From Octopus sinensis (Eukaryota): a stretch of 64,000 nt of DNA. Positions 1 to 11,047 of the stretch are shown here, piece by piece. Numbering within the stretch: position 1 is the stretch's first letter; every line of letters begins with the position of its first letter. The position numbers and the translations under genes are program-made. The notes beneath the pieces are model-generated. The model made no database searches. It was not told the DNA's origin and saw only the letters and a program-made list of their open reading frames with translations. The stretch lies in NCBI RefSeq assembly GCF_006345805.1, contig NC_043010.1, forward strand, positions 35,092,001 through 35,156,000, in the 5' to 3' direction.

Positions 1-500
1 TGTGGAGAAATTGGATATTTTTTCCTTTTAGTGTTTATTCTTTCTCAAGCATATTCAGCTGTGGTTTATGTTTTTTAATGGACATACTTTCCTTATTCAA
101 ACGGATTTGGTTTGAAGTGTTTCCAGTGCATTGATAGAGAGGGAACATTTGGTATTTTGAGCTTATGTTTGCTGGGCATTGGTCTAGGTGTTTGCTTACG
201 GGAATTCTCCTGGTTGTGGGGTTCCAGATTTGTTGCAAAGCCAACCAGACAGATCGACAAACTTGACCACCAGAAAAATAAGACGTTATCAGTACTTTAA
301 CGAATCAAAAATCAAATCCGTTCGCGGAAAAAAATATAAATACACTGGATTCCAAAGGTTTTGTTAAAAGCGAAAATCCTTGCACATGACTTAAGAAGAA
401 TCGCAGAAACTTTAACAAAAACCTTTTTTTACTATCTTCATTTCTCCCTTATATTTCTCCCTCTTAACTCAACATGACCGAACCTCTGGTGATCCACATT
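1..500 (-). mobile_element. Penelope-like element remnant, GIY-YIG endonuclease C-terminal part
   Basis: ORF 35..244(-) ends ...PVSKHLDQC...FPLYQC...RLNKESMSIKKHKPQLN, the typical C-terminal PLE GIY-YIG motif (H..C...E...I....P.LN). The upstream frame is broken. Confidence 0.65.
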
Positions 501-816
501 TCTTATCGATCACTTCAAACACTATTGAATTTTGTACATTTAAACAAGATAACCCACATTTTGTTGAATGTTGTGAACATTTAAATCATATTTGACGTTA
601 TTGAATTTTATAAAAATTGAATGTTTTAAACATGTTTTTCTGCTTCGCAATTTAAATTGTTTACTATTGATAAACAAAAAATATTGTTGAAACTAGTTTG
701 GTAAACAATTACAAGTATTTCAAACTAAGGTATATTTTCAACAACAAATTTTCTATATTTTTTCCTGCGTGAAAATACACCCCCTCTTTTGTTTTATATA
801 TATATATGTATATATA

Positions 817-2375
817 TACAAAATGAGAAAATGGAGAAACATACCTAAATCAATCATCAACCATCAGATAATACCCAATCAATACTTTACGAGGGGCGTT
901 CAATAAGTAATGCCCCTGACCCACTTCCCATAGCAGTAGAGCAACGAAACTTGGAACAGTTATTAGTCTTTTTCTACATAGGAACCACCCAGAGTTACGC
1001 ATTTCTCCCATCGTTTGATGCAGCTCTGAAGACCGTTTTTGTAGAAGACCCCAGCTTGGTCCTCCAACCACGACGTGACTTCAGAAATCAAGGCTGCATC
1101 ATCTGGGAAACGCTTTCCTTTCAAAAACAACTTCATGGCTGGAAGAGGTGAAAATCAGAGGGTGCAAGGTCAGGAGAGTAGGGGGATGAGGGATGAGTTC
1201 ATAGCCGCACGCCTGTGCTTCTGATCTGGCGACACGCGAGCTGTGGATCGGAGCGTTGTCCTGCAGGAGGAGGATGCCTTTGCTGATCTTGCCTCGCCTC
1301 TTGATTTTGATAGCTTCTCTTAATTTCCTCAAAAGTGAAGCATAATAGACTTCTGTAATTGTAGCACCCTTTGCCAGGAAATCTGTCTTCACTACTCCGT
1401 CCTGGTCCCAGAAGACTGTAAGCATGACCTTGCCAGCGGAGGGCTGCACCCTTGCCTTCTTTGGAGGAGGTGAGTCACGGTGCTTCCACTGCATTGACTG
1501 GGCTTTGGTCTCTGGATCATAGTGATGGACCCAGGTTTTATCCTATGCAATCAGTCTTTTGAAAAATTTTGACTCATCTTCTTGGCACATCTCCAAATTC
1601 ATCCACGAGCAATCGACGCGTTCTTGCTTCTGGAAAGGTGTGAGCAGCCTGGGAATCCATCTGGCAGATACCTTTTGCATATGAAAATAGTCATGAATGA
1701 TAGTTTCCACAGACCCGGTACTAATCTTGACCTCATGGGCTATTTGGCGAATAATTATGCGTCGATCTTCCAAAATGGCAGCCTCAACTTGACAGACAGA
1801 TGCCTCATCAATGGCAGAAGGGGGCGACCAGATCTGGGAGCTGTTTCCACAGAGTTCCGACCATGTTTGAATTCACGATGCCAGCGTTTTACAAGGTCAT
1901 ATGATGGGGCATCATCACCATAAGTTACTTTCATTTCATGAAAAGTCTCCCGTGGTGTGCGTCCTTTCAAATACAAAAACCGGATCACTGCTTGACACTC
2001 AGCATGCTCCATTTCACACTTGACTCGGTTCAAACACCTGTAAATCGGAAACCACAATTAGTTCAGAGCTGTAATTTGCCACTTAACCTATAGAGATATA
2101 ATTAATTGCACATGCAAATTTTCAGCTAGATCAAACGACTGCAAGTGGGTCAGAGGCATTACTTATTGAACGCCCCTCGTATTAAACCATTACACAACAG
2201 CTGTCAGCTACAATGTAATTATATTTTCTATTTCTATTTCTATGTCTAGTTATATTTGTAATATATTATGTATTATGTCATTGCTGTTGTGTAATGGTTT
2301 AATAAAGTATTGATTGGGTATTATCTGATGGTTGATGATTGATTTAGGTATGTTTTTCCATTTTCTCATTTTGTA
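817..2375. repeat. Fold-back (hairpin) element with ~93-bp arms, left arm split by the mariner insertion
   Basis: 817-889 joined to 2182-2201 is the reverse complement of 2283-2375, with one mismatch seen. Loop is ~81 nt. Confidence 0.9.
890..2179 (-). mobile_element. Full-length mariner (Tc1/mariner) transposon with frameshifted transposase
   Basis: TIRs CGAGGGGCGTTCAATAAGTAATGCC at both ends and a TA duplication (888-889, 2180-2181). ORF pieces 1755..2057 (HTH, APRSGRP), 1543..1773 (ARWIPRLLT) and 1099..1494 (KVMLTVFWD, LLQDNAPIH). Confidence 0.97.
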
Positions 2376-2935
2376 TTATTAATTTACGGTAATAATTTTA
2401 CCCTTGCCCACATAATACAGTAGATGAATTAATTGCATCGCAATTTTTAACATTTATGTATTAGTTTTGTTGGGTACCTCTCTAGCAGCATATTGGATAT
2501 ATGTTATCCCATGGAGGGTTGAATTTACAACCCCTATCTCATTATATATATATATACACACATATATATATATATATACAATTGTTTCACTTCGCACATA
2601 ATCAAAATTATAAAACGTTTATGACAATATAACTTTGCATTTTTAGTACCCTGATCTTTAGGGCAAAGTGGACATTATAGAGTTTACATTGTGATCAATT
2701 GAAATACTCCAACAGACCAAGCAGATGAAAGCGTGTTTATTGTGTGTGTGTGTGTGTGTGCACGCGCGCGCATGCGTTAATATCTTAATTTTTATTTAAA
2801 TACAATAATGATAATAGTAGTACTGAAATAAAGTATATAATAATAAAGATAAAGAATAATAAATAAAGATTAATAATAGATAATGAAAATAATGAAATAT
2901 ATTAATAATAAAAAATAAAAATAAAATAAGTTTTT

Positions 2936-5640
2936 TTACAAAACATGGATATCCATGGTCCTTTTTTGGTTTATGTGCGAGTGTATGTTCTTGTGTTTAT
3001 ATGTGTGCTCGGATGTGCATATACGTATGCTTATCAGTTTAGATTTTATTATTTGAAAAATTTCTTCTGTACTTAATTTACATTTACTATCTGGAATTTG
3101 ATAATTTATGGCATGACTTATAACCTCCCATATAATCTTATAATTTTTCCTATTATTCATTAATATCCATATAAATTTGCTGAGACTAGTATTATTAATT
3201 TATGCCTATTTCTTAAACAAGTCTCATGGTTCGCAATTCTTCGTTTAAATTGGGTTTCGGTTAAACCTATGTAATGGTACCCTTCAGATTCAGCTACACA
3301 CCTATATACCAGGTCATCGTATTTGCAATTATTAATAAGTTTGAAATTTTCTTTATATTTGCAATCACAATTTTTATTAACATCCTTATCTATATAATTC
3401 CTTCGTATATTATTTCTATTATTTTCATTTCCAACATTAATATTATTATTATTCACATTATTTGGGTTAGAAAGGGAATCAGTGTGGGTTATTTTCCCTC
3501 TGTTATTATAAATTGTCTTAACATCATTTCTACTTGAATTTCGATTGTTATAAAAAAAAACATCTAATTTTCTATTATTAATTAGGCGCAGGAGTGGCTG
3601 TTTGGTAAGTAGCTTGCTAACCAACCACATGGTTCCGGGTTCAGTCCCACTGCGTGGCATCTTGGGCACGTGTCTTCTGCTATAGCCCCGGGCCGACCAA
3701 TGCCTTGTGAGTGGATTTGGTAGACGGAAACTGAAAGAAGCCTGTCGTATATATGTATATATATATATATGTGTGTGAATATGTTTGTGTGTCTGTGTTT
3801 GTTCCCCTAGCATTGCTTGACAACCGATGCTGGTGTGTTTATGTCCCCGTCACTTAGCGGTTCGGCAAAAGAGACCGATAGAATAAGTACTGGGCTTACA
3901 AAGAATAAGTCCCGGGGTCGATTTGCTCGACTAAAAGGCGGTGCTCCAGCATGGCCGCAGTCAAATGACTGAAACAAGTAAAAAAAAAAGAGTAAATTGA
4001 GGATATAATTCCAAAAAGATTCATTGACAAGGAATGACCAACTGTTATAGATTTAGAATTAATAATTTCGCTATACTTATCCTTAATTAAATGTTTATGA
4101 TTAATTAATAATTTGATTTAATTATGTTAATTTTGATTTGATTCACAAAGGGGATAATAAACCATTAATTATTGGTTTTATTTGGACAATTATAATTTAT
4201 ATTAGATTTATCAGAATTTATGCAAGAAGTGTATCTTTTTATTTATATTATAGTTACGATTATAAGTATAATCATATATATTATTAATGTTATTAATCTT
4301 TGCTTTACCAGATTTTTTTTTATTTTCGCATGTGCTATTGCCATATTTAGTATCAGGTTTCATGAGTTTAGAATAAACTTTAGAATTTATTTTTACAATC
4401 CTTTTATTATTCTTCATATTTTAAAAATTTTGGTCATTTATCATAGGGTTTATATAATCATTTTTTTTATTTTTCTATCTGTGCTTTCTTTATTTTATCA
4501 TTATCTTTAGTTTCAGTTCATTCATCATATATTATATTTGGGTTACTCCTTATTTTATCTTCACTATTTTCATTAGGTATCTATTCATTGGATCTATAAT
4601 ATATCATTTTATGCATTTTTAGAGAAGATCTCTTCATTATACGAGAGATAAGTTAGTCCCTTTTCTTTGTTTTTATTGATCTTAGATGATTATTTAGATT
4701 ATTAATATATCTTAGATTTGTGTTAGGCTTATGATACGGTTCATACCTGCCAGTTGCAAGATTAAAGTTACTGTCAAAAAAATCGACCGAGTTATTTTCT
4801 TTTTCATTAGAGATTGAAAGACCATAATTTAAAAAGAATTTAGGCAATTTTTTCTTATATATTTCCAATTTCCTATTTGATGGGGTTTTAATTAGAACCA
4901 GTACATCATCCCTATATAATACGCCCGTAATTTCAGGAAATTTATTATTTAAGTTATGTAGAATGTACATACCTACCAGGTCCGTTACCTGGGCGGAGTC
5001 TGCTGACCCCATGGTTATGTCAAATGAATTATAGGAATCCTTTCTAACCCAATATTTATGATCAAACTTAATTACTGATTTTCTAGCTTTTAAAATAACA
5101 TTAATTTCTTTCATAAGTTAGTGTAATTTTTAGAGAAAATAAGAGCCTGATTTAGTATTATAAGATTATTTAGTATTATAATATCCATTTATAAAAATTT
5201 GAATTTGTATCTGTTAACAGCCTATTGTTTCTTGGGTGCTTGCCCAAAGTTCTAATTTAATCTTCTTCTTAAGTATAGATATGTATTCATTGAATATATT
5301 CATACATAATATACCTATGTCAGATTTTCCAGGGCATATTAGTCTAACTTTAGGATTAGTTTGGAAATTTTCTTTGTGTTCTTTCAATGTATTTCGAGGT
5401 CTTTTTGGAATAAATGGCTCAGTCCTATCATCAATTCTATATTCCGACATTATTTTCTTAGATTCTAAGTTAATCAATCTTCATACATTCTTATTTACTA
5501 CTTCATAGTTCTTTGTAATTTCATTCTTAAGAAGTTCATGTTCAAATTGTAGAGATTTCCTGTCTCATCTGAGTGTACTATAATTCCATTTTTTCTTTTA
5601 AGTTCCAGGATTAAATATTTCAGTTTTCTTAAATGTAAAT
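2936..5640 (-). mobile_element. Penelope-like retroelement (RT plus C-terminal GIY-YIG), pseudogenised and interrupted by a SINE
   Basis: 5214..5477 (PKVRLICPGKSDIG); 4653..5114 RT (FDITMGSADSAQVTDLVG, LYRDD, VDFFD, YHKPNTNLRY); 3160-3580 GIY-YIG (LVYRC...YIGLTETQFKRRIANH) preceded by an Asn-rich linker; 2936..3160 (WEVISHA...CKLSTEE). Confidence 0.93.
3585..3980 (+). mobile_element. tRNA-derived SINE, family B (GGCGCAGGAGTGGCTG head)
   Basis: tRNA-like head with A/B-box-like motifs (GGTTCCGGGTTCAGTCCC), central (TA/TG)n and an A-rich tail. Related copies at ~20335, ~22590, 45720-46120, 49330-49740, 50290-50680 and 52500-52990. Confidence 0.9.
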
Positions 5641-5671
5641 TCTTTCTAAGAGGATATTTCTAAGTTTTTTT

Positions 5672-5731
<60 letters not shown>

Positions 5732-5764
5732 AGTTAAACGCAGGTGTTATTCAAATTCTTTTAC

Positions 5765-5850
5765 TTCCGACACATGTTTCGAAGATATCACTGGTATTAT
5801 TCCAAAGGAATAAAATGGTGTAAAACAATGTAATCTTCTCTTCAGGGAAA
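5765..5850 (-). ncRNA. Hammerhead ribozyme motif in PLE terminal repeat (type I, enlarged stem II)
   Basis: Minus strand reads tttcc-CTGAAGA-gaagat...atcttc-GAAAC-atgt-GTC-ggaag. Core boxes, 5-bp stem I, 6-bp closing stem II and a GUC cleavage triplet are all present. It lies 5' of the PLE RT on the same strand. Confidence 0.8.
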
Positions 5851-6215
5851 TGAAGAAATAAAACTCGTCAATAAGACATTTTAGCAGAATATGATGGATA
5901 TGTATAATGATGAACTGAACGCTATTAAGTAAGCCTATAGAAAGAAGAGGGGTAAAGGGAAGAAAAAAGTCAGAAATCAAATAAATGAGAAATATGGAAC
6001 GATGTGTAAATTGAATAAAACCCTAAAGTCTTGGAAAAAGATATATCTAGTGGAAGTGAAATGTAAGAAGAAAATCAATGTTTAAATTATATATATAATG
6101 GTAGATATTACTTATATGAACTAAAGGTGTGTTTCTGCCAATGTTTACATCGGTACACATTTAATGGAATAAGATTCCATTCAATCTTATTCTACCTTCC
6201 TTTATTAATGGAGAC

Positions 6216-6800
6216 ATGAAATCTAGTTGTAATGATATAAACGATATCAATTTTAATTTATACGCCAACACCAAACAGAGGAATGGAGATAATCCTTATA
6301 TTAAGCCCCTTTTTTATTCTAAAGGTAAACTGAAGTCTTTTAAAGATAGTTACACTAAAAATAAGGAAACTACTAGCAAAACTATTTGGTTGATTATTCC
6401 TAATGGGAGGCAAATTAAATCTAATCTTCCTTTACAGTTTCGGGAAGCTATTATTAAGAATTTTCCAAAGAATTCTAGGTATTACTCTATTATCAATTCG
6501 CACACGGTTAGGATTGGTTTTTCCAACACAAAAAAAAAATCTCTTTCAAATTATCTCCTCACATAATAATAGTCTGTTAAATAAGACTCCATTTACTAAT
6601 ACTAACATTAATTTAGCTAATATCATCCATCACCCTAGAAATATTAATAACAAGGTTATTGTCTCTGAAGTCAATTCCAACAGAATTAAATTTATATCAA
6701 GTAATTCTATGATTAAAACTCTATATACCAGTACACTCTCATACAAGGAAAAATTAACTTTCAATTATTTTATACACGACTTTCCGTCGTGGTCTGGCTA
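6216..6800 (+). mobile_element. Second PLE fragment (post-RT region), opposite orientation
   Basis: ORFs 6216..6566 and 6403..6801: TIWLIIP...IIKNFPKNSRYYSIINSHTVRIGFSNT..NLFQIISSHN, matching the PLE RT-to-endonuclease connector. Confidence 0.75.
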
Positions 6801-6809
6801 AACATTTTA

Positions 6810-6941
6810 TGTAACGGTAAATAGAATATGTTATCTACAACTTTGGCCACTGTCCTTATTCCTTGGAGTCCAACACAATGACATTCACATCATCTTTCTC
6901 TTTTTCAACATCACGCCTGTTACAATTGGTGACTCCGACGT
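6810..6941 (+). mobile_element. Short LTR (~115 bp) followed by a tRNA-Trp primer-binding site
   Basis: Termini TGTAAC (6810) and GTTACA (6924), then 2 nt and TGGTGACTCCGACGT, complementary to the tRNA-Trp 3' end (ACGUCGGGGUCACCA) with one mismatch. Confidence 0.6.
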
Positions 6942-7194
6942 CTAACTCCGTTCCAATTAGTGCAAATTATCAGATGTTTCAAACTGTTTAATCGGCTTTT
7001 CACTTCTATACGTGTATAGCGTTGTAAATATATTATCCATGCTGGCGTAGGCAGTATTGTCATAAGTATGAGTCCCACTATAACTGAATAATGACAGTAA
7101 GCAATGCACAGTCGCTTGTTGCATAACCAATTAAAACGTGCGTATTGATCAAATGTATTCATAATATCAATAATCCGTTTCTGTGATTATTCAG

Positions 7195-7255
<61 letters not shown>

Positions 7256-7329
7256 TGCGTGCGTGCGTGCGTGCGTACGTGCGCGTATGTGAGTGCTGGT
7301 ATGCGTGCGGGCATATATATTTCTTTATA

Positions 7330-7560
7330 TTTCTTTAACTACCCACAAGGGGCTAAACACAGAGAGGACAAACAAGGATAGACAAACGGATTAAGTCGAT
7401 TACATCGACCCCAGTGCGTAACTGGTACTTAATTTATCGACCCCGAAAGGATGAAAGGCAAAGTCGACCTCGGCGGAATTTGAACTCAGAACGTAACGGC
7501 AGACGAAAAACGGCCACGCATTTCGTCCGGCGTGCTAACGTTTCTGCCAGCTCGCCGCCT
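7330..7560 (-). mobile_element. tRNA-derived SINE, family A (GGCGAGCTGGCAGAA head)
   Basis: Reverse complement of the family-A SINE at 14056-14302, with CpGs intact. Confidence 0.9.
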
Positions 7561-7849
7561 ATATGCCGCCTATATGCTCGGGCATATATGTGTGTGCGTG
7601 TCTGCGCGCGTGCTATCAGATAAAAACGCCTACCCACAGGTTTTCTTCAAGTCATCATGACAACGATATGCCTTATATAATTAAATAGACGCTGGAATAC
7701 TTAAAATAACTAATGAAATAGTGAAAAATAAATATTAAAATAGCAAATGAATCAGATCAATGCGGATAATTTATCTGCATTGTCAGTCAGGTAGTACCAG
7801 AAGGTATCATGCCCAATGGCTCCAACATAGCAATATCAAAACCGACCGA

Positions 7850-8470
7850 AAGAAGGGAAGGGATGTTCTGCAGAGAAGACATATACAGAAGCATAAAATT
7901 AATGAACTATGTTAGTAAAGTTACTGAAAAGATTGTAGCATGACTAATTGGGAAGAGAATTAGCTTAAACGAGATCCAGTTCGGGTTTATGCTCTGACGG
8001 AAAACCAATGATGTTATCTTCCGAGTGGTGCAACTACAGAAAAAAATATTTAGCTAAAAGAAAGTCAATGTATCAAGATTTTGTCGATTGACGAAAGTTT
8101 TTTTTTAACAAGGTCCCTTACGCTATAGTTGATAGTCGCTAAGAAACTATTGATAGATGAATGGTTTTTGAGAGCCTTGCAAGTCATTTAGCGAGGTGAC
8201 GATCAACAACGAGTTCGGTTTGGAATTTGTGAAGCTTGACGGCCATCAGAGCTCAGTACTCAGTCCGTCTATGTTTCTTAGTCATAGGAGAAGAGTTTAA
8301 GACCGGCTGTCCGAAGGAGCTCCTGTATTTCCATGACTTGGTCACTATACTTGATTTCATCATATACCTAAAAAACTAATAAGACTCCTAATTAAGAAAC
8401 AAAAAATACAATCCAGAGGCTTCAAAGTAAACCTAGCAAATGACTAATGTTTTAGTAAGAAAGCGTAAAG
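7850..8470 (+). mobile_element. Decayed RTE-type LINE RT fragment
   Basis: Broken frames resemble EMQFGF...DAIF..RQLQEK...FVD..KAFD and the SVLSP..F...E.ELLYADDL motifs. Similar to the remnant at 57970-58790. Confidence 0.6.
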
Positions 8471-8578
8471 GGCCATATTTTCAATGGGAAAATGTCAACG
8501 ATCAATACGCAAAAAAGGAATAAGTAGAAATTCCATACGGTTTGCTCACTGTATATGATGAATGCACAAGAGGTGCTC

Positions 8579-11047
8579 TAGGGGTTGTAAAAAATTAATT
8601 GCAATATATTGGTCCAATTAATTTATTGCAGTCGTACTACCTATTAAATAATTGATTGCTATCATATCAATTAATTGTAGTTAATTGCAACATTGTCAGC
8701 GAAAGTTTTTTCAAATGGCTCATATTTCATTCAACGTTCACTTGGCAAGTACAGCGTTCTATTATTATTTGAAGTATTGTGATGGCACTTTGTTCTGACT
8801 GCTGAGAATGTTTCACACATTCTGTTGTGCTTAGGAATTGACTATTGTGTATGTTATCAAGTGTTGATGCTTGATTCAGACTGCTGAGAATGATGCACAT
8901 TTTATCATGCTTGGGAATTGGCTATTGTGTATTATTGTCAAATAACCGCTGTCGACGCTAGGTTAGGACTGCCGAGAATGATTTACACATTCTGTCGTGT
9001 TTGGGAATTGGCTATTGTGTATGTTGTGAAATAATCGCTGTCGAGTGATTCTTGGTTCTGACTGTCGAGAATGATTCACACATTTTGTCTTCGAGACATT
9101 AAATCGTAACTTCGCCTGCAACGCAGTTGTATCTTGAATTCCGTTCCAACATATTAAATGAATCAGACTTTTATCAGTGGAGTGGTGCAATATCTTCTAT
9201 TTTATACTGTGGCGAAATATATATTATTTTAAACTAACCCATGCCGCGTGAAAATGTGCAAATCATCAGAAAATATTTTAATCAAACAGACGGTGAACCT
9301 GTATGGAAATGCAAGTGTGGAAAAAAGTTGACCCAGAAAAAAGGAACTGGGTGGACAAATCTTATGAATCATATAAAAAATCAGCATCCAACGTATTCTA
9401 CTACACAAGCAAATGGACAACCATCTTTATCGAGTTTTCTTTCACAATGAAATAGTTTGGTCAGTCGCTCAGCCTTAAATGTTTATGGTTGGATTGAGTG
9501 GGTGTATGTTGGTTTAAAGCCATTTTCCTTTACTGAAGATTCACGGACTCGTAAATACACAAACTTAAGAAGTTTGACAAATGTGACCTTAAAGAAATAC
9601 ATGGAGAAACTTACTCAAGAAGTGGAAAAGAAAATATCTGATGAACTTCCAAGTAAATTTTCGTTGGTAATTGATGGTTGGACTAAGGGTTCGACACATT
9701 TCATTGGACTTTTTGCATCTTATTCGTGCAATTATCAAAATCATTTTTGTACTGTTTTGCTGGCATTTTAGCCAATGGCAAGTGAAATATCATTCACTGC
9801 TTCTGCGTCGAATTTATAGAGTATATGTTAAATGTCTATAACAAAAATGTAGAAACTGTAGCTATTACCGGAGATAATATTGAAGTGAACATATCTATAG
9901 CGAATTTGTGTAGAATACCATTGATTGGATGTGCCTCTCATAAATTCAATCTAGCTGTTTCTGTTTATCTCGACAAGCAAGGAGTTCTGCTTGATTAATA
10001 TGTTGATGGGCAAGCTAAAATCATTAAAATTTGCGGATAAACGTCGGGAAAAAACGCCTTTGCAACCTATACAAAGAAATAAAACCCGTTGATCCAGTAC
10101 TTACGATATGATTTAGAGGTACCCAACTCAAGCCGTTTTTATACTCTTTTCAAGGCGATCCAATGCTGGTTGATTATCTGTATACCCCACGTGATCATAC
10201 TGATCTGCAGACACTAAAAGACAATTTACGAAAGTTACGCTCAGTAACAGTCGCCTTGCAAAGAACAGAAATTGATTTGGGAGATGCTCGAATTTTTTTG
10301 ACAAAATTCTCGCATTGTATCCTTATGAGGAGTTTAAAAAATATTTGCTTCCATTGTGCACAGCTCAAATTTTGAAAGTGGAATTGTGGAAATTTTACAA
10401 CATGCAGAAGATGATGATTTTGCATCAATTTGTTTGAGAAAACACAGAAAAAAAGATAAAATTTCACCTCAGCAATATCTGAACTGTAGATTTTTGTTAC
10501 CAACGTCCAGCATCTTGAAACGCTTCTTCAGCTCAGCAGGTTACACTTTTAATGATTTTCGGCAATACTTAACACCAATGAATTTAGAAATGCAGTTATT
10601 TCTAAAAGTCAATTGCGCTTTCTGGAATGAAGACCTAGTTTCAGAAATTTGAAATCGTTCATGACTTTTTGCAGTATTAGAACATTTTAATTGTGCTACT
10701 CGTTTGAGAAACTCTTTCAATTAAAGATCTTCTGTTTATTTGTTTTTCAACTACTGTACAATGTAGAGTATACATGTTATTTGTTCCCTATTCTAAATCA
10801 ATAAAATTAAACTTTTTTCTGATAATAATGTTTTTTGAAACTATAAGACGTACCTTTTATTTTCCTATCATTCTGGCTCTTACCTAAATCGAAGCTAACA
10901 CTCCAAAATACATGGTGTTTTTTACGTTCTGCAAAATAATTGACAATTAATTGCAATAATTGATTGGCTTGTATCCCAATTAAAATTGATTGATTGTTAG
11001 GAAAATAATTGATTGGAAAGGTTCCAATCAATTTTTTACAATCCCTG
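8579..11047 (+). mobile_element. hAT-superfamily DNA transposon with pseudogenised transposase
   Basis: Imperfect TIRs (T/C)AGGG(G/A)TTGTAAAAAATT(A/G)ATTG and AATTG-rich subterminal repeats. ORF pieces: BED finger 9241..9450 (WKCKCG...NLMNHIKNQHP), catalytic region 9457..9771 (VIDGWT) and hATC dimerisation region 10356..10652. No 8-bp TSD is visible. Confidence 0.9.
8797..9090 (+). repeat. Tandem array of ~82-93-bp units (3.5 copies) inside the hAT 5' region
   Basis: Units start GACTGY(T/C)GAGAATG at 8797, 8879, 8967 and 9060, and the three complete units share GGAATTG(A/G)CTATTGTGTA. Confidence 0.85.
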
